A DNA stretch of 64,000 bases from an uncultured virus (IMG/VR IMGVR_UViG_3300017728_001586) (Duplodnaviria; Heunggongvirae; Uroviricota; Caudoviricetes). The notes beneath the pieces were generated by a model, which saw only the letters and a list, made by a program, of their open reading frames with translations, had not been told where the DNA came from and did not search any database. The DNA lies in IMG/VR virus record IMGVR_UViG_3300017728_001586; one strand, written 5' to 3'. The position numbers were made by a program, and so were the translations under genes. Position 1 is the stretch's first letter. Each line of letters starts with the position of its first letter. Below, piece after piece: positions 18,445 through 27,892 of this stretch.

Positions 18445-20163
18445 TTATGAAATTGCGATACGGCTGAAGTTCTTGTGTTTCTCAAATCGAACCACTTCTT
18501 CAAACTTATCATATAGTTGGTCTCCTTTATGGGAGATAATAAATGCATTTGTCTTCTCATTCAGTGAGTTCAGTAATTTCAAGAAATCATCTGTACCCTG
18601 GGAATCTAAAGAAGAATCAAACACCTCGTCTAGTATAAGTATGTTGGTGTTTACTGAGTTTTTAATTCTTGCGACTGCTCTCCATGTGAACAACAACGAA
18701 AGGTCAATTCTCATCTTCTCTCCTTGTGAGAAGTTATCATACTTAAACACATCTCTAAATCTGGACTTGATTGTTTCTTCGAATGATTCATTCAATTCAA
18801 ATCCAACATAGAATTCTAAATTTGCAAGATACTTGTTAATCATCTTGTTCATTACTGGTACATACTGTTTGATGATTCTTTGTCTTACACCTTGGTCTCT
18901 CAATAGAGTTGTTGCAAGGTCAAAGTAATGTTGTCTATCTGTTAGACTTTCTTTCTTAGTATGTAGTTTATCTAAATCATCTTCAGCACTTGTAAGTCTA
19001 TCACTTACGCCAGAGTCAGCATTAATCTCACTTTGTAAATCCTTTACTTCGCCATTGAGTTTTTCTATGTACTTCTGATTAGATAAAACTTCTGTTTGAT
19101 GTAATCCAATCTTTCTTTGAATCTCTTCTATTTCTCCGATGACTGTTTGTATTTCCGCCATTCTATTTCTGGATGCTTCAATGGTTTCTCCAATTGAAAG
19201 AACTGCCGTCTTGAGCTCTGCAACCTTATCTGATTTTTCTTTAATGCATTTCGTCTTGTGGTCTTCATCTAATCCTTGTTTACATACTGGACAATCATCG
19301 TTGTTTTGATAGAACTCAATTTCTTTAAGTGCCTTCTTCTGAGAATCTTCAAGTCTCTTCTCTACATCTAAAGCTTGTTTGAGTCTATCTCCTTGTGGGT
19401 CTCTATCTGATATGGACTTCTGTTTATCTTTTACTTCGCCTTGTTTTACACCAATACTTTTCATAACAGAATTTATGTTATTCTGAGTTTCTTGTATTGT
19501 ATTTTCATACTTCGCAATCTTCTTGTCACGATTCTTTTGTAGTAGACTCATCTGTTCATTAAGACCACTAATTCTTTCTTCTAGTAATTCTGTTTCGTGT
19601 TTAGTTTCTCTGACATCTATATTATGTTGGGTGACTTTCTTCTTAAGTATATCTTGCATGGTAGAGAAGATACTAATGTCTAGTAAGTCTTCTACTAGTC
19701 TTCTTCTCTCTACTGACTTCAACTGCATAAAAGGAGTAAAGTTAGCAGAACCCAATACTGCAACTTGAGTAAATGAACGAAAGGACATCTTTAGAATGTT
19801 CTTCTCTAAGTGTTCTTGATAATCTCTAACTGTTGCATCTTGATTGAGCATTGTACCATTGACATATAACTCAAACTTATTTGGTTTAGCACCTCTTATA
19901 ACTTTGTATGATTTTCTACCAACTGTAAATTCTATCTCTACTAATAAGTCTTTCTGATTAATAGAGTTTACTAATAGGTCTTTTTTTAGATTACGAAATC
20001 CTTTTCCATATAGAACAAAACATAATGCATCTAATAAGGTAGATTTACCTGCACCATTGTCTCCAACAATCAATGTTGTTTGCGACCTGTCTAGGTCAAA
20101 GTTTGTAAATGTGTTTCCAGACGATAACAAATTCTTGTATCGTATCTTAGTAAAATTAATCAT
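18445..20163 (-). CDS. gp46: Recombination ATPase gp46 (Rad50-like)
   Basis: GDNGAGKS, CPVC zinc hook, FSQGEK, LDEVFD. Confidence 0.95.
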   Translation of the reverse strand: MINFTKIRYKNLLSSGNTFTNFDLDRSQTTLIVGDNGAGKSTLLDALCFVLYGKGFRNLKKDLLVNSINQKDLLVEIEFTVGRKSYKVIRGAKPNKFELYVNGTMLNQDATVRDYQEHLEKNILKMSFRSFTQVAVLGSANFTPFMQLKSVERRRLVEDLLDISIFSTMQDILKKKVTQHNIDVRETKHETELLEERISGLNEQMSLLQKNRDKKIAKYENTIQETQNNINSVMKSIGVKQGEVKDKQKSISDRDPQGDRLKQALDVEKRLEDSQKKALKEIEFYQNNDDCPVCKQGLDEDHKTKCIKEKSDKVAELKTAVLSIGETIEASRNRMAEIQTVIGEIEEIQRKIGLHQTEVLSNQKYIEKLNGEVKDLQSEINADSGVSDRLTSAEDDLDKLHTKKESLTDRQHYFDLATTLLRDQGVRQRIIKQYVPVMNKMINKYLANLEFYVGFELNESFEETIKSRFRDVFKYDNFSQGEKMRIDLSLLFTWRAVARIKNSVNTNILILDEVFDSSLDSQGTDDFLKLLNSLNEKTNAFIISHKGDQLYDKFEEVVRFEKHKNFSRIAIS

Positions 20164-21227
20164 AGATAGTTATGTTCTTCAAGTGCTTCATTATACAACG
20201 AAGTCATTAATTCGAGAAGTGGTTTTTTCTGACCTTGTATCTCAAGACCGTCTACATACTTCTCTAATATTGTAAGAGTGTCTTCTACACCCTCAATATC
20301 ATCATCGTCCATTAAGTCCATATGTTTGTGGTCATCTACAACTACAACATGCAAAGGATTAGCAGAATGTAATTTATCGACCATCGAATCGAACCAGTAT
20401 GGATTGTCTTTGTTTACTACGATAACTTTACAGAATTTACCTGTGTACTTTGAATAATCTTTATTACTGATTGTTTCAAATGTCTCTTTACTATCATCGT
20501 AAAATACTTTCTCGAACATCGTCAAAGGATTGTGTATTGGTTCCATCTCTCTAGTTTCAGTATCAAAGATATGGAAGTATTTGTTATCTCCATAATCTGA
20601 CCATGTGAATTCCATTTGAGAACCTAGATACTTGATGTTCTTAACTTCAGACTTTTGATGAAAGTGACCACTATAAACTTTATCAAATCGTTTTAGATAT
20701 GTGTGGTCTAGACCATGTTGACATGTCATGCCTGGCATCATCAATGCACCTTCAATTTCAAAGTGACCCATACATGTATCTGCATTTGCACTGAGTAGAA
20801 AATCTATACTATCGGCATAGTTCTCATTATTAATCCAAGGAACAAGTGCAAGATTAACTCCGTCAAATTCTTTTACAATGGGATGATGTATGATATTAAT
20901 CGAATCACTTTCGAATAGTAATAACTCTGGTGCATTTACTTCATTCGTATTCTTATAGTAGACATCATGATTACCCAATATCAAATCCATAGAGATGCCT
21001 CTCTCTAACATTGGATTGATGAAGTGGTCTCTATTTGCTTTTAGAGAGGCGAAGTTTACAAACTTTCTTCTGTCGAAGTAATCGCCCAAGTGTAATATGT
21101 GTTTGATGTCGTGTTCATCTAAGTATGGGAAGAATACTTCCTCATAGAATCTGCCTTGATATTTGGACATCTCCAACATATCGCCACGAACACCAGCATG
21201 TGTGTCGTTAAGAATCGCTATTTTCAT
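20160..21227 (-). CDS. gp47: Recombination nuclease gp47 (Mre11-like)
   Basis: DTH, LGDYFD, GNHD, GHF, SGHFH. Confidence 0.95.
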   Translation of the reverse strand: MKIAILNDTHAGVRGDMLEMSKYQGRFYEEVFFPYLDEHDIKHILHLGDYFDRRKFVNFASLKANRDHFINPMLERGISMDLILGNHDVYYKNTNEVNAPELLLFESDSINIIHHPIVKEFDGVNLALVPWINNENYADSIDFLLSANADTCMGHFEIEGALMMPGMTCQHGLDHTYLKRFDKVYSGHFHQKSEVKNIKYLGSQMEFTWSDYGDNKYFHIFDTETREMEPIHNPLTMFEKVFYDDSKETFETISNKDYSKYTGKFCKVIVVNKDNPYWFDSMVDKLHSANPLHVVVVDDHKHMDLMDDDDIEGVEDTLTILEKYVDGLEIQGQKKPLLELMTSLYNEALEEHNYL

Positions 21228-21766
21228 TCAGTAAATTTATCCAGACCTTTTTCTTTCTTTGTTTTTTCTCTTTTGGTTTTTCGTGGTTGATACTCAACAT
21301 GATTCATGTTGTCTTGCATCCACTCTACATTGGTATTGACCATTCCAGTTGTATCGCCGTCTATGGAATCCAGTGTTTCTTGTGTTATGTCTGATATGAC
21401 TTGTTGCTTAATGTAAACTTGTTTCTTTTCTTTCTGTATCCTTCTTAAGAAAGCGTAGTAGCAAATTTGCGTTATATAAGCAAAAGCATTGTTTGATTTT
21501 TCTACATTGAAGTTTTTGATATACTGTATGCAATTTTCTATGCCATCGCATATCATTTCATCTCTGTAGGTGTAGTTTATGAAATTTGGTCTAGTAGATA
21601 GTCGAGTAGCAATCTTATAGATACACTCTCCTATGTAGTTTGACATTTGTGGAGGGGTTCTACCCTCTTCTTCGGCGAGTTTTACACTTGCGTTGAACTC
21701 GGCGACAGCTGCTGTGAACTCTTTGTTGTTGACATAGTGTTCTTGTTGTTTTGCGTTTTTTGCCAT
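21224..21766 (-). CDS. gp55: Late sigma factor gp55
   Basis: HYVNNKEF, NFINYTYRDEMICDGIENC, AFAYITQICYYAFLRRIQKEK. Confidence 0.95.
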   Translation of the reverse strand: MAKNAKQQEHYVNNKEFTAAVAEFNASVKLAEEEGRTPPQMSNYIGECIYKIATRLSTRPNFINYTYRDEMICDGIENCIQYIKNFNVEKSNNAFAYITQICYYAFLRRIQKEKKQVYIKQQVISDITQETLDSIDGDTTGMVNTNVEWMQDNMNHVEYQPRKTKREKTKKEKGLDKFTE

Positions 21767-21881
21767 GATGTACTTATTATACTAGGTTAGTTGTTGTAAG
21801 GATAGTGGTTTTTTAAGTTAATTAATTTTAAATTAATTTCAAAACCCCCTTGTGGGAATCAGGAATAGTATGTTAAGATAA

Positions 21882-22058
21882 CTATGTCGCCAGGGTCAGG
21901 ATCCATATAAGAAGTAATCCTGGTATAACAGTAAAGATACTCCCTACCAATATTGCAATTATCAATACATTTAGATAGGTTACAGCAAACTCGTCTTCCT
22001 CTTTTCCTAATCCTAGTAAAAGTTTAAGAGTTGTTCTAAAATACGATACTATTGACAT
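21882..22058 (-). CDS. Small membrane protein (58 aa)
   Basis: Hand translation MSIVSYFRTTLKLLLGLGKEEDEFAVTYLNVLIIAILVGSIFTVIPGLLLIWILTLAT. Confidence 0.5.
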   Translation of the reverse strand: MSIVSYFRTTLKLLLGLGKEEDEFAVTYLNVLIIAILVGSIFTVIPGLLLIWILTLAT

Positions 22059-22242
22059 AAAACATAACTAACATCATTCCAAATACGACTATCTGTATGA
22101 CGGCGGGTATGACTACGAAAAGTTTCATAGCATCAAAATCCCCTTTCATAAAGAAATCATCTTCGTGCCACTTCTGAACTTCTTCAGGAGTTGCATCTCT
22201 ATTTTTATTTAGTGCGAGTGGAAGTTGGTGTTGATAACTCAT
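22036..22242 (-). CDS. Small membrane protein
   Basis: 68 aa ORF with C-terminal TM. Confidence 0.6.
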   Translation of the reverse strand: MSYQHQLPLALNKNRDATPEEVQKWHEDDFFMKGDFDAMKLFVVIPAVIQIVVFGMMLVMFYVNSIVF

Positions 22243-22337
22243 TGTGGTACTAGTGATACGATTGATATAATAAAGACGAACAGAAGTGTTGCCACCTCTG
22301 TTGCGTCCTTAAGTTTTTCTGTGGTTCTCTTTGACAT
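22239..22337 (-). CDS. Small membrane peptide (32 aa)
   Basis: MSKRTTEKLKDATEVATLLFVFIISIVSLVPQ; ATGA-coupled to next ORF. Confidence 0.5.
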   Translation of the reverse strand: MSKRTTEKLKDATEVATLLFVFIISIVSLVPQ

Positions 22338-22339
22338 TC

Positions 22340-22501
22340 TTACACGATGCCTTTCGACATGAATATAATAATCCAAGGTAATAAAACAGGAAGAGTCAAT
22401 AGTGTCATAAACTCAATTGCTTCTATGATGCTGGGTAGCACTTCTTTCAGGTCTTCGAATCGTCCCACCATGCTCTTCGCAATTCTAATTGCAGTTGACA
22501 T
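22340..22501 (-). CDS. Small membrane protein (53 aa)
   Basis: MSTAIRIAKSMVGRFEDLKEVLPSIIEAIEFMTLLTLPVLLPWIIIFMSKGIV; GGAG RBS. Confidence 0.6.
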   Translation of the reverse strand: MSTAIRIAKSMVGRFEDLKEVLPSIIEAIEFMTLLTLPVLLPWIIIFMSKGIV

Positions 22502-22586
22502 GGTTTCTCCAGTTTAATAATATTAATAATAATGATAAATGCATATAACTACTCGTTATACGCACTTATTTAGTTAAATTGAAAAC

Positions 22587-23054
22587 CTAATGAATTGTTT
22601 TTTCGATATCGAAGTCTTCATCGAAATCTTCAAGTTCTTCTTCAAAGGCAATGTCTTCTCTATATGAAGTCATCATCTCTTGCATCTTTCTTTGTAGGTT
22701 ATCTCTTACTTTATTCTCTTCTGCTGTTGCAAGTGGCACACTCTGATTTTCAATCATATCGAACCATCTTGCCGATGCATTATCATAATAGGGAATAAAT
22801 TGTGGGTTCATAGTATTTCTATGAACAACCTCAGTCTTAGGTAATTGTACTCTCTCATCTGAACTCAAGGGTGAGTATGGATAGAAAACTGCATTTGTTT
22901 TTGCAATTCCTGGTATGAGAGATAATTGACATATCATGGGTAAAGTTATTTCTAAGTAATCACCACAATCCTTTGTCATACCGACAAGTTCTGTACTGTC
23001 TTTGAGTCTTATAACTTCGTATCTACTTGGTGTTAAATCTGTTGGTCTTGTCAT
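22587..23054 (-). CDS. Conserved T4-like hypothetical protein (Sm-like fold likely)
   Basis: VIRLKDSTELVG start, acidic tail ending TIH; position just downstream of uvsW. Confidence 0.6.
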   Translation of the reverse strand: MTRPTDLTPSRYEVIRLKDSTELVGMTKDCGDYLEITLPMICQLSLIPGIAKTNAVFYPYSPLSSDERVQLPKTEVVHRNTMNPQFIPYYDNASARWFDMIENQSVPLATAEENKVRDNLQRKMQEMMTSYREDIAFEEELEDFDEDFDIEKTIH

Positions 23055-24469
23055 TTAAGGTCAAATTGTTTTAGTTCGTAAGAAAAGTTCTCCTCATTGT
23101 ATATATTTATCCTTTCCTTAAGGTGGTTTAGCGTATGATTTTCACATTGTAAATCATCTGCAATATCAAATAACCTCATCTCAGTCTTACCTTCTGCCTT
23201 ACGAAGACCACGACCAATAGACTGTAAGTTTCTTATTCTTGATTTTGACGGTGATGCGAATACTACATTATCTATCTTCTTAATGTTTACGCCTGTTGAG
23301 AATGTTCCGTATGACGCCAGTATGACATTATCACTTGCCTTTTCTACGACCTCTCTTACATTCTCTCTATCTTCTACATCTGTACCACCGAATACATAAT
23401 GCAGTTTATCTCCTAATCTATCAAACATTTTTTTATGTAGTAAGACTCCATGTTTCTCTACATACTGAAACAACACTAAAGTATTACCTTTCAGTGAATA
23501 TACTAGATTACATATAAATTCATTTCTATTTTCATGCGATACTAAGTAGTCCATCTCATCTTGATAGGACATTTTCTTTTGTTTAGTATGACGGAGTATG
23601 ACACAATCAATATTCAAATTTGCAATTGTGCCTTCTTCCATGAGTTGGTATGACGATACTACTTTCTTTACAGGACCAAATAGTCCTTCTAGTTGTAATC
23701 TATGTACTTCTGTTCCGTCTAGTGTACCTGTTAGACCTATTCTGATTGCAGTAGTTTTCATCTTCTCTAAGATGCCTTTGAGTGTTTGTGCCTTGAATAG
23801 ATGTGCCTCATCTCCGATAACCATATCGAATGATTGCATTACTTCTTTAGGTGCCTTGGCGAAACTCTGCCATGTTGTGACTGTAATTGGTGCATCGAAT
23901 ACTTCTTGACCACTATATATTTTGCATACTCTTTCTTTATATCCATATTCTTCAAAGTCTTTCGCCATTTGTTCTACGAGTGATGTAGTGGGTACAATTA
24001 TGATTGTTTTCTTATCATAGTATCTTGCCAACATATAGATGATTAGAGACTTGCCAGACGCCGTAGGAGACAAAAGAAGTTGTCTACCATACTGTATTGC
24101 AGTTTTAAATGCTTCGAGTTGGTAATCTCTAGGATTAAAAGGTAAGTCAAGGAGGTCAATCCATTCGTTTATCTTATTCGACTCATCTCTTTCTTTTACT
24201 CCTATTACATCTTCTATGCCATCGAAGTCGAATCCTCTTTCTCTACAAAACTCGTCAATGTAGGGTAGTAGACCTATGTATATCTTCTGAGTTTTTAGAG
24301 AGAAAAGTCTTACTTTACCATCCCACCATTTGTTTTTGTATGACGGCATGAACTTGGCGCCAGGTACAGTAAATGAAAAGAAATCGTATAAGTCTCTTGC
24401 TAGACCTTTATCACAATTTACTTTGAGAAAACATTCATCTACTTTAGAAACAGTGACTAGATTAGACAT
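23051..24469 (-). CDS. uvsW: DNA helicase UvsW
   Basis: SPTASGKS, DEAH, TGT, QSIGRGLR. Confidence 0.95.
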   Translation of the reverse strand: MSNLVTVSKVDECFLKVNCDKGLARDLYDFFSFTVPGAKFMPSYKNKWWDGKVRLFSLKTQKIYIGLLPYIDEFCRERGFDFDGIEDVIGVKERDESNKINEWIDLLDLPFNPRDYQLEAFKTAIQYGRQLLLSPTASGKSLIIYMLARYYDKKTIIIVPTTSLVEQMAKDFEEYGYKERVCKIYSGQEVFDAPITVTTWQSFAKAPKEVMQSFDMVIGDEAHLFKAQTLKGILEKMKTTAIRIGLTGTLDGTEVHRLQLEGLFGPVKKVVSSYQLMEEGTIANLNIDCVILRHTKQKKMSYQDEMDYLVSHENRNEFICNLVYSLKGNTLVLFQYVEKHGVLLHKKMFDRLGDKLHYVFGGTDVEDRENVREVVEKASDNVILASYGTFSTGVNIKKIDNVVFASPSKSRIRNLQSIGRGLRKAEGKTEMRLFDIADDLQCENHTLNHLKERINIYNEENFSYELKQFDLK

Positions 24470-25151
24470 AAGGATTGCCATGAAACCAACTGACTAAAGA
24501 TATTCTAGTACCTCTGGTAACTGGTGTGACTTGATGATGCACAAAAGAAGGAAATACAATTAGACTTCCTCTTTCTTTACCACTAAAGGGTACTGTTTTA
24601 ATATAATCGTCTACTGATACACTCTGAAGATTTTCATTATTTCTTAACAAATCAAACATGCCCTTTGGTTCTATCCATTGAAAGTTTCCACCTTCATAAT
24701 CATCCGGACTAGATAATTGAATTGTAGAACTTAACTTTCTATAACGACCACCATGAGATTGTTCTGAATCTCCTGAATCTGTATGCCATGTATAGAAGTC
24801 TCCTTGTACTCGTGCTTCTGGTCTATGCCTATATGTTGTGTATTGATGATGTTCTACATAATCCCATTGATGCAACCAATCTGCATCTACTGATGCCATG
24901 TTAATGCCATCTTCAATTTTTTTGGCAAGGTCTTCTGGAAACTCTTCGTGTATTAACCATCTGATATCTGATTGTCTGATACTATCATCAATCGTGCCTT
25001 GTTCTTGTACATCTGGCGCATCTAAATCGTCTGTTCTTTGACCTACACCGCCAATGACTTCTTCATATCTATTTGCAAATTGAACTATTCTATCGCACTC
25101 ATGTTCAGTGAAATAACTAGGATATATCATTGCATAGTTTCTTAGATTCAT
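24462..25151 (-). CDS. 2OG-Fe(II) oxygenase (PKHD-like)
   Basis: WHTD, RKLS, YEGG, FPSFVHHQVTPVTRGTRISLVSW. Confidence 0.9.
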   Translation of the reverse strand: MNLRNYAMIYPSYFTEHECDRIVQFANRYEEVIGGVGQRTDDLDAPDVQEQGTIDDSIRQSDIRWLIHEEFPEDLAKKIEDGINMASVDADWLHQWDYVEHHQYTTYRHRPEARVQGDFYTWHTDSGDSEQSHGGRYRKLSSTIQLSSPDDYEGGNFQWIEPKGMFDLLRNNENLQSVSVDDYIKTVPFSGKERGSLIVFPSFVHHQVTPVTRGTRISLVSWFHGNPYV

Positions 25152-25594
25152 TATTGACCTGCCATAAATTTACGCCACTCGATTGTATTCTTAATAGTTT
25201 GATGTCTCCAAGTGATATTATCCATGCATCTTTTTATAAAGTCTACAGTCACTTCTAAGTAATCAATCTTTGCCTTAAGTTTAACTAAATCTTCATCAGC
25301 GTTAAAAAAGTAATTGAAATCGTTCTTCATTATTTTAAGACCATCGAATGGGTCTGTTTGCCAACCAAGTTCTTGTATCTTATCATCGTCAAGTTTTCCA
25401 TTGAACCACATCCACTTATACTTAAGTAGTTGATTGTAGTCTTGGTTGTATTTCTTTAACAGTAAGATTTTACTTGTTAATAAGTCGGAATACTTTGCGT
25501 GTAGTTTGGGAACATGTAAAGATGCTGTATCTAATTCGATATCATCTATCTCACAATCCTTCACCCATTGTTCTTTCAATTGTTCTAAATTCAT
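25151..25594 (-). CDS. uvsY: Recombination mediator UvsY
   Basis: PKLHAKY, IKNTIEWRKFMAG; synteny with uvsW. Confidence 0.9.
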   Translation of the reverse strand: MNLEQLKEQWVKDCEIDDIELDTASLHVPKLHAKYSDLLTSKILLLKKYNQDYNQLLKYKWMWFNGKLDDDKIQELGWQTDPFDGLKIMKNDFNYFFNADEDLVKLKAKIDYLEVTVDFIKRCMDNITWRHQTIKNTIEWRKFMAGQ

Positions 25595-25625
25595 AATATA
25601 CCATTATACACCATATGGTGTAAAA

Positions 25626-26171
25626 TTACGAGGTGGTTTTAATTTCGTAATACGAGAATCTAAACGATACAGATACTATTGCCGGTTCGGCATCTGCACC
25701 AGATTCTAATTCAATTGACCCCAATGATACAGGAAATGCATCATGGAATCTTATGTACCTGTTGGGTACATTTTTGTTTGTGTTTATCACTAATGTGATA
25801 TCTGAGTATTGATTTCTATCATTGTCGATAGATGCAAGTATGTTAGTTCTATTCACAGCAGTATCAGTGTATGTGCCATACAATGCTGGGTCATTCAAAG
25901 GAACTATAGAGTCTATCCAATTGTATATCTCTGAGAAGTTCTCTAAGTCTTCGTCAACAATGAATGATACTTCTAATGTATCAAATGATGCCTTATCTCC
26001 TGGAAAGAAAGCATCTAGACCAACACCTGCTGATTGAACAGTTTCGCCAAATTGAACACCTGGTATGTTTACTGTTCTAACATAATACTCTACAGTAGGA
26101 ACTTTATCTATGAGTAGTCTAAAGTTATTTCTGTTTAGTATTGACTTGTTTATATCTGTTTTTATACCCAT
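25626..26171 (-). CDS. gp3: Tail tube terminator gp3
   Basis: FIVDEDLENF, FPVSLG; T4-like marine synteny 23-3-uvsY. Confidence 0.85.
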   Translation of the reverse strand: MGIKTDINKSILNRNNFRLLIDKVPTVEYYVRTVNIPGVQFGETVQSAGVGLDAFFPGDKASFDTLEVSFIVDEDLENFSEIYNWIDSIVPLNDPALYGTYTDTAVNRTNILASIDNDRNQYSDITLVINTNKNVPNRYIRFHDAFPVSLGSIELESGADAEPAIVSVSFRFSYYEIKTTS

Positions 26172-26186
26172 AATACTATTTATGCG

Positions 26187-26206
26187 AAAAGGGGACCGAA
26201 GTCCCC
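26187..26206 (-). terminator. Terminator with C(UUCG)G tetraloop
   Basis: GGGGAC-TTCG-GTCCCC-TTTT on minus strand. Confidence 0.8.
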
Positions 26207-26212
26207 AAAAGT

Positions 26213-26431
26213 TTACTTCTCGTTTACAAACTCATTCAATTCACTTGCAACAGAAATTATCTCCTGTGCATCGATTGATTTTGTTGGTAAAGGTTTCTTA
26301 TCATCTGGATGATTATCGTTGTGCGAGTAAACCGCATCAATCTTCCTTTGTAAGTTTTCGATTAGTATGGATTGCGCCATACTTAGTAAATCGGCTCTTA
26401 TTTCATAACCGCTCTTTCCTTGATTTGCCAT
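26213..26431 (-). CDS. Conserved small hypothetical protein
   Basis: KSGYEIRADLL..A motif; GGAGG RBS; own terminator. Confidence 0.7.
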   Translation of the reverse strand: MANQGKSGYEIRADLLSMAQSILIENLQRKIDAVYSHNDNHPDDKKPLPTKSIDAQEIISVASELNEFVNEK

Positions 26432-26494
26432 ATTTTCCTCCGTGTGTGTGTGTTTATGACTGTATCTTTATGATACAATAGTATTTAGTGCGCT

Positions 26495-26522
26495 AAAAAA
26501 AGGGTCTCGAAAGACCCTTTTT
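26495..26522 (-). terminator. Terminator after major capsid gene
   Basis: AAAAAGGGTCT-loop-AGACCCTTTTT hairpin with flanking A/T runs. Confidence 0.85.
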
Positions 26523-26550
26523 AATTCGATTAAAATCGAAACTACTAAGT

Positions 26551-27864
26551 TTACAGGATATTTGAAACTGCAATCTTTCTGTAGTATTGGTTTACACCAG
26601 CAGTACTTGACAAAGCGTCTGAAGGAGTAGCACCTACGAATGGATTTGCAACCATACCGTATCGTGTTTTGAAACCAATTTTCGGTTGGAATGTGTTCTC
26701 GCCAACTGCACGAACCATTTGTAATGGAACATACGGACAATAGAACATACCAGCGTCATAAGGGTTACTTCCTCTATAACCTACTGTCATGTAGTCTGAC
26801 CCAGCATATGGGTCGATGTATACTTTAACTCTTCCGTTTAGAAGACCAGCAAATGTATTGCCAGTATCGTCAACATTTAAAGAAGTTGAAAGTGCTGGAG
26901 CGTAATCTAATACGCCTGCCATTGAAAGAGCAGATGCAACATCACTAGAACATAGAATAAAGTTACCTTTACCTCTTCTTGTTTCTTTTGCAATCTTGTT
27001 TGATTCTCTTTCGATTTGGAATAATAAACCTTTGAACTTTTCAACTGACCATCTTCCGTTAGCGTCAACATCTAAGTTGAATGTACCAGCAGATGCAGTG
27101 CCTTCAGCACCAGTTTTTGCTTGTACATTTACACTTCTTACTACTTCCCTGTTGATTTCAGCAAGGATTTCAGAAGATAAGATGTTTGCTAACTCAGACT
27201 CAGCGTCAAGACCGTGGATAGCTTTTAAGTCTTGTGCAAGTTCTAGAGTGTATTCTGCTTTTAATGCTCTGGATACAGCTGTCACTGTTGATTTCTCAAT
27301 TGTGAAAGACATTTCAGCGAATTCATTTGTAGTTGCATCGCCTAATGCTTCAGCTTTATCTGTGCCCATACCAGTTGGAGTTGCATTTTTATATGCATTT
27401 GAACCGGCAAATGGATCGCCCTCTCTAGCACTGTATAATCCAGACTCACCGTCAACTCTTCCATGGTCGTGTGAAGCATCTTGTACTTCGTTTACGCCCA
27501 TAGCTTCTGTTGATTGAAGTCTAGTAGCACCTGTAGGGTAATCTTGATATCTTGCTTTCATAGCGAAGATAAGTCCTGTAGGACCAGTCATCGGTTGAAC
27601 ACCGCAAATGTCGTAAGCAACGAGATTTGGCATAGCTCTACGCACTAAACTAATTAGGATTGGATCCCAGTTAGAAATGGCAGAACCAGTAGCATTTAAA
27701 GGTGCAGCTTCTGAAAGAGTAGCTCTATCTTCGTTTAGGGCTTTCTCTTGGTTTTCAAGAATTACTGCTGTGACTGCTCTTTTGTAGTTGTCTTCGATTT
27801 TTGGCAAATCGGAGTGCTCTAGAATAGGGCTCCACTTTTCTTGTAAGTTTTCTGATAAAAACAT
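26551..27864 (-). CDS. gp23: Major capsid protein gp23
   Basis: VQPMTGPTGLIFAM, SRALKAEYTLELAQDLKAIHGLDAE, FQPKIGFKTRYG. Confidence 0.98.
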   Translation of the reverse strand: MFLSENLQEKWSPILEHSDLPKIEDNYKRAVTAVILENQEKALNEDRATLSEAAPLNATGSAISNWDPILISLVRRAMPNLVAYDICGVQPMTGPTGLIFAMKARYQDYPTGATRLQSTEAMGVNEVQDASHDHGRVDGESGLYSAREGDPFAGSNAYKNATPTGMGTDKAEALGDATTNEFAEMSFTIEKSTVTAVSRALKAEYTLELAQDLKAIHGLDAESELANILSSEILAEINREVVRSVNVQAKTGAEGTASAGTFNLDVDANGRWSVEKFKGLLFQIERESNKIAKETRRGKGNFILCSSDVASALSMAGVLDYAPALSTSLNVDDTGNTFAGLLNGRVKVYIDPYAGSDYMTVGYRGSNPYDAGMFYCPYVPLQMVRAVGENTFQPKIGFKTRYGMVANPFVGATPSDALSSTAGVNQYYRKIAVSNIL

Positions 27865-27892
27865 TTTTATTTCCTTTAAATAACCTTAGGGT

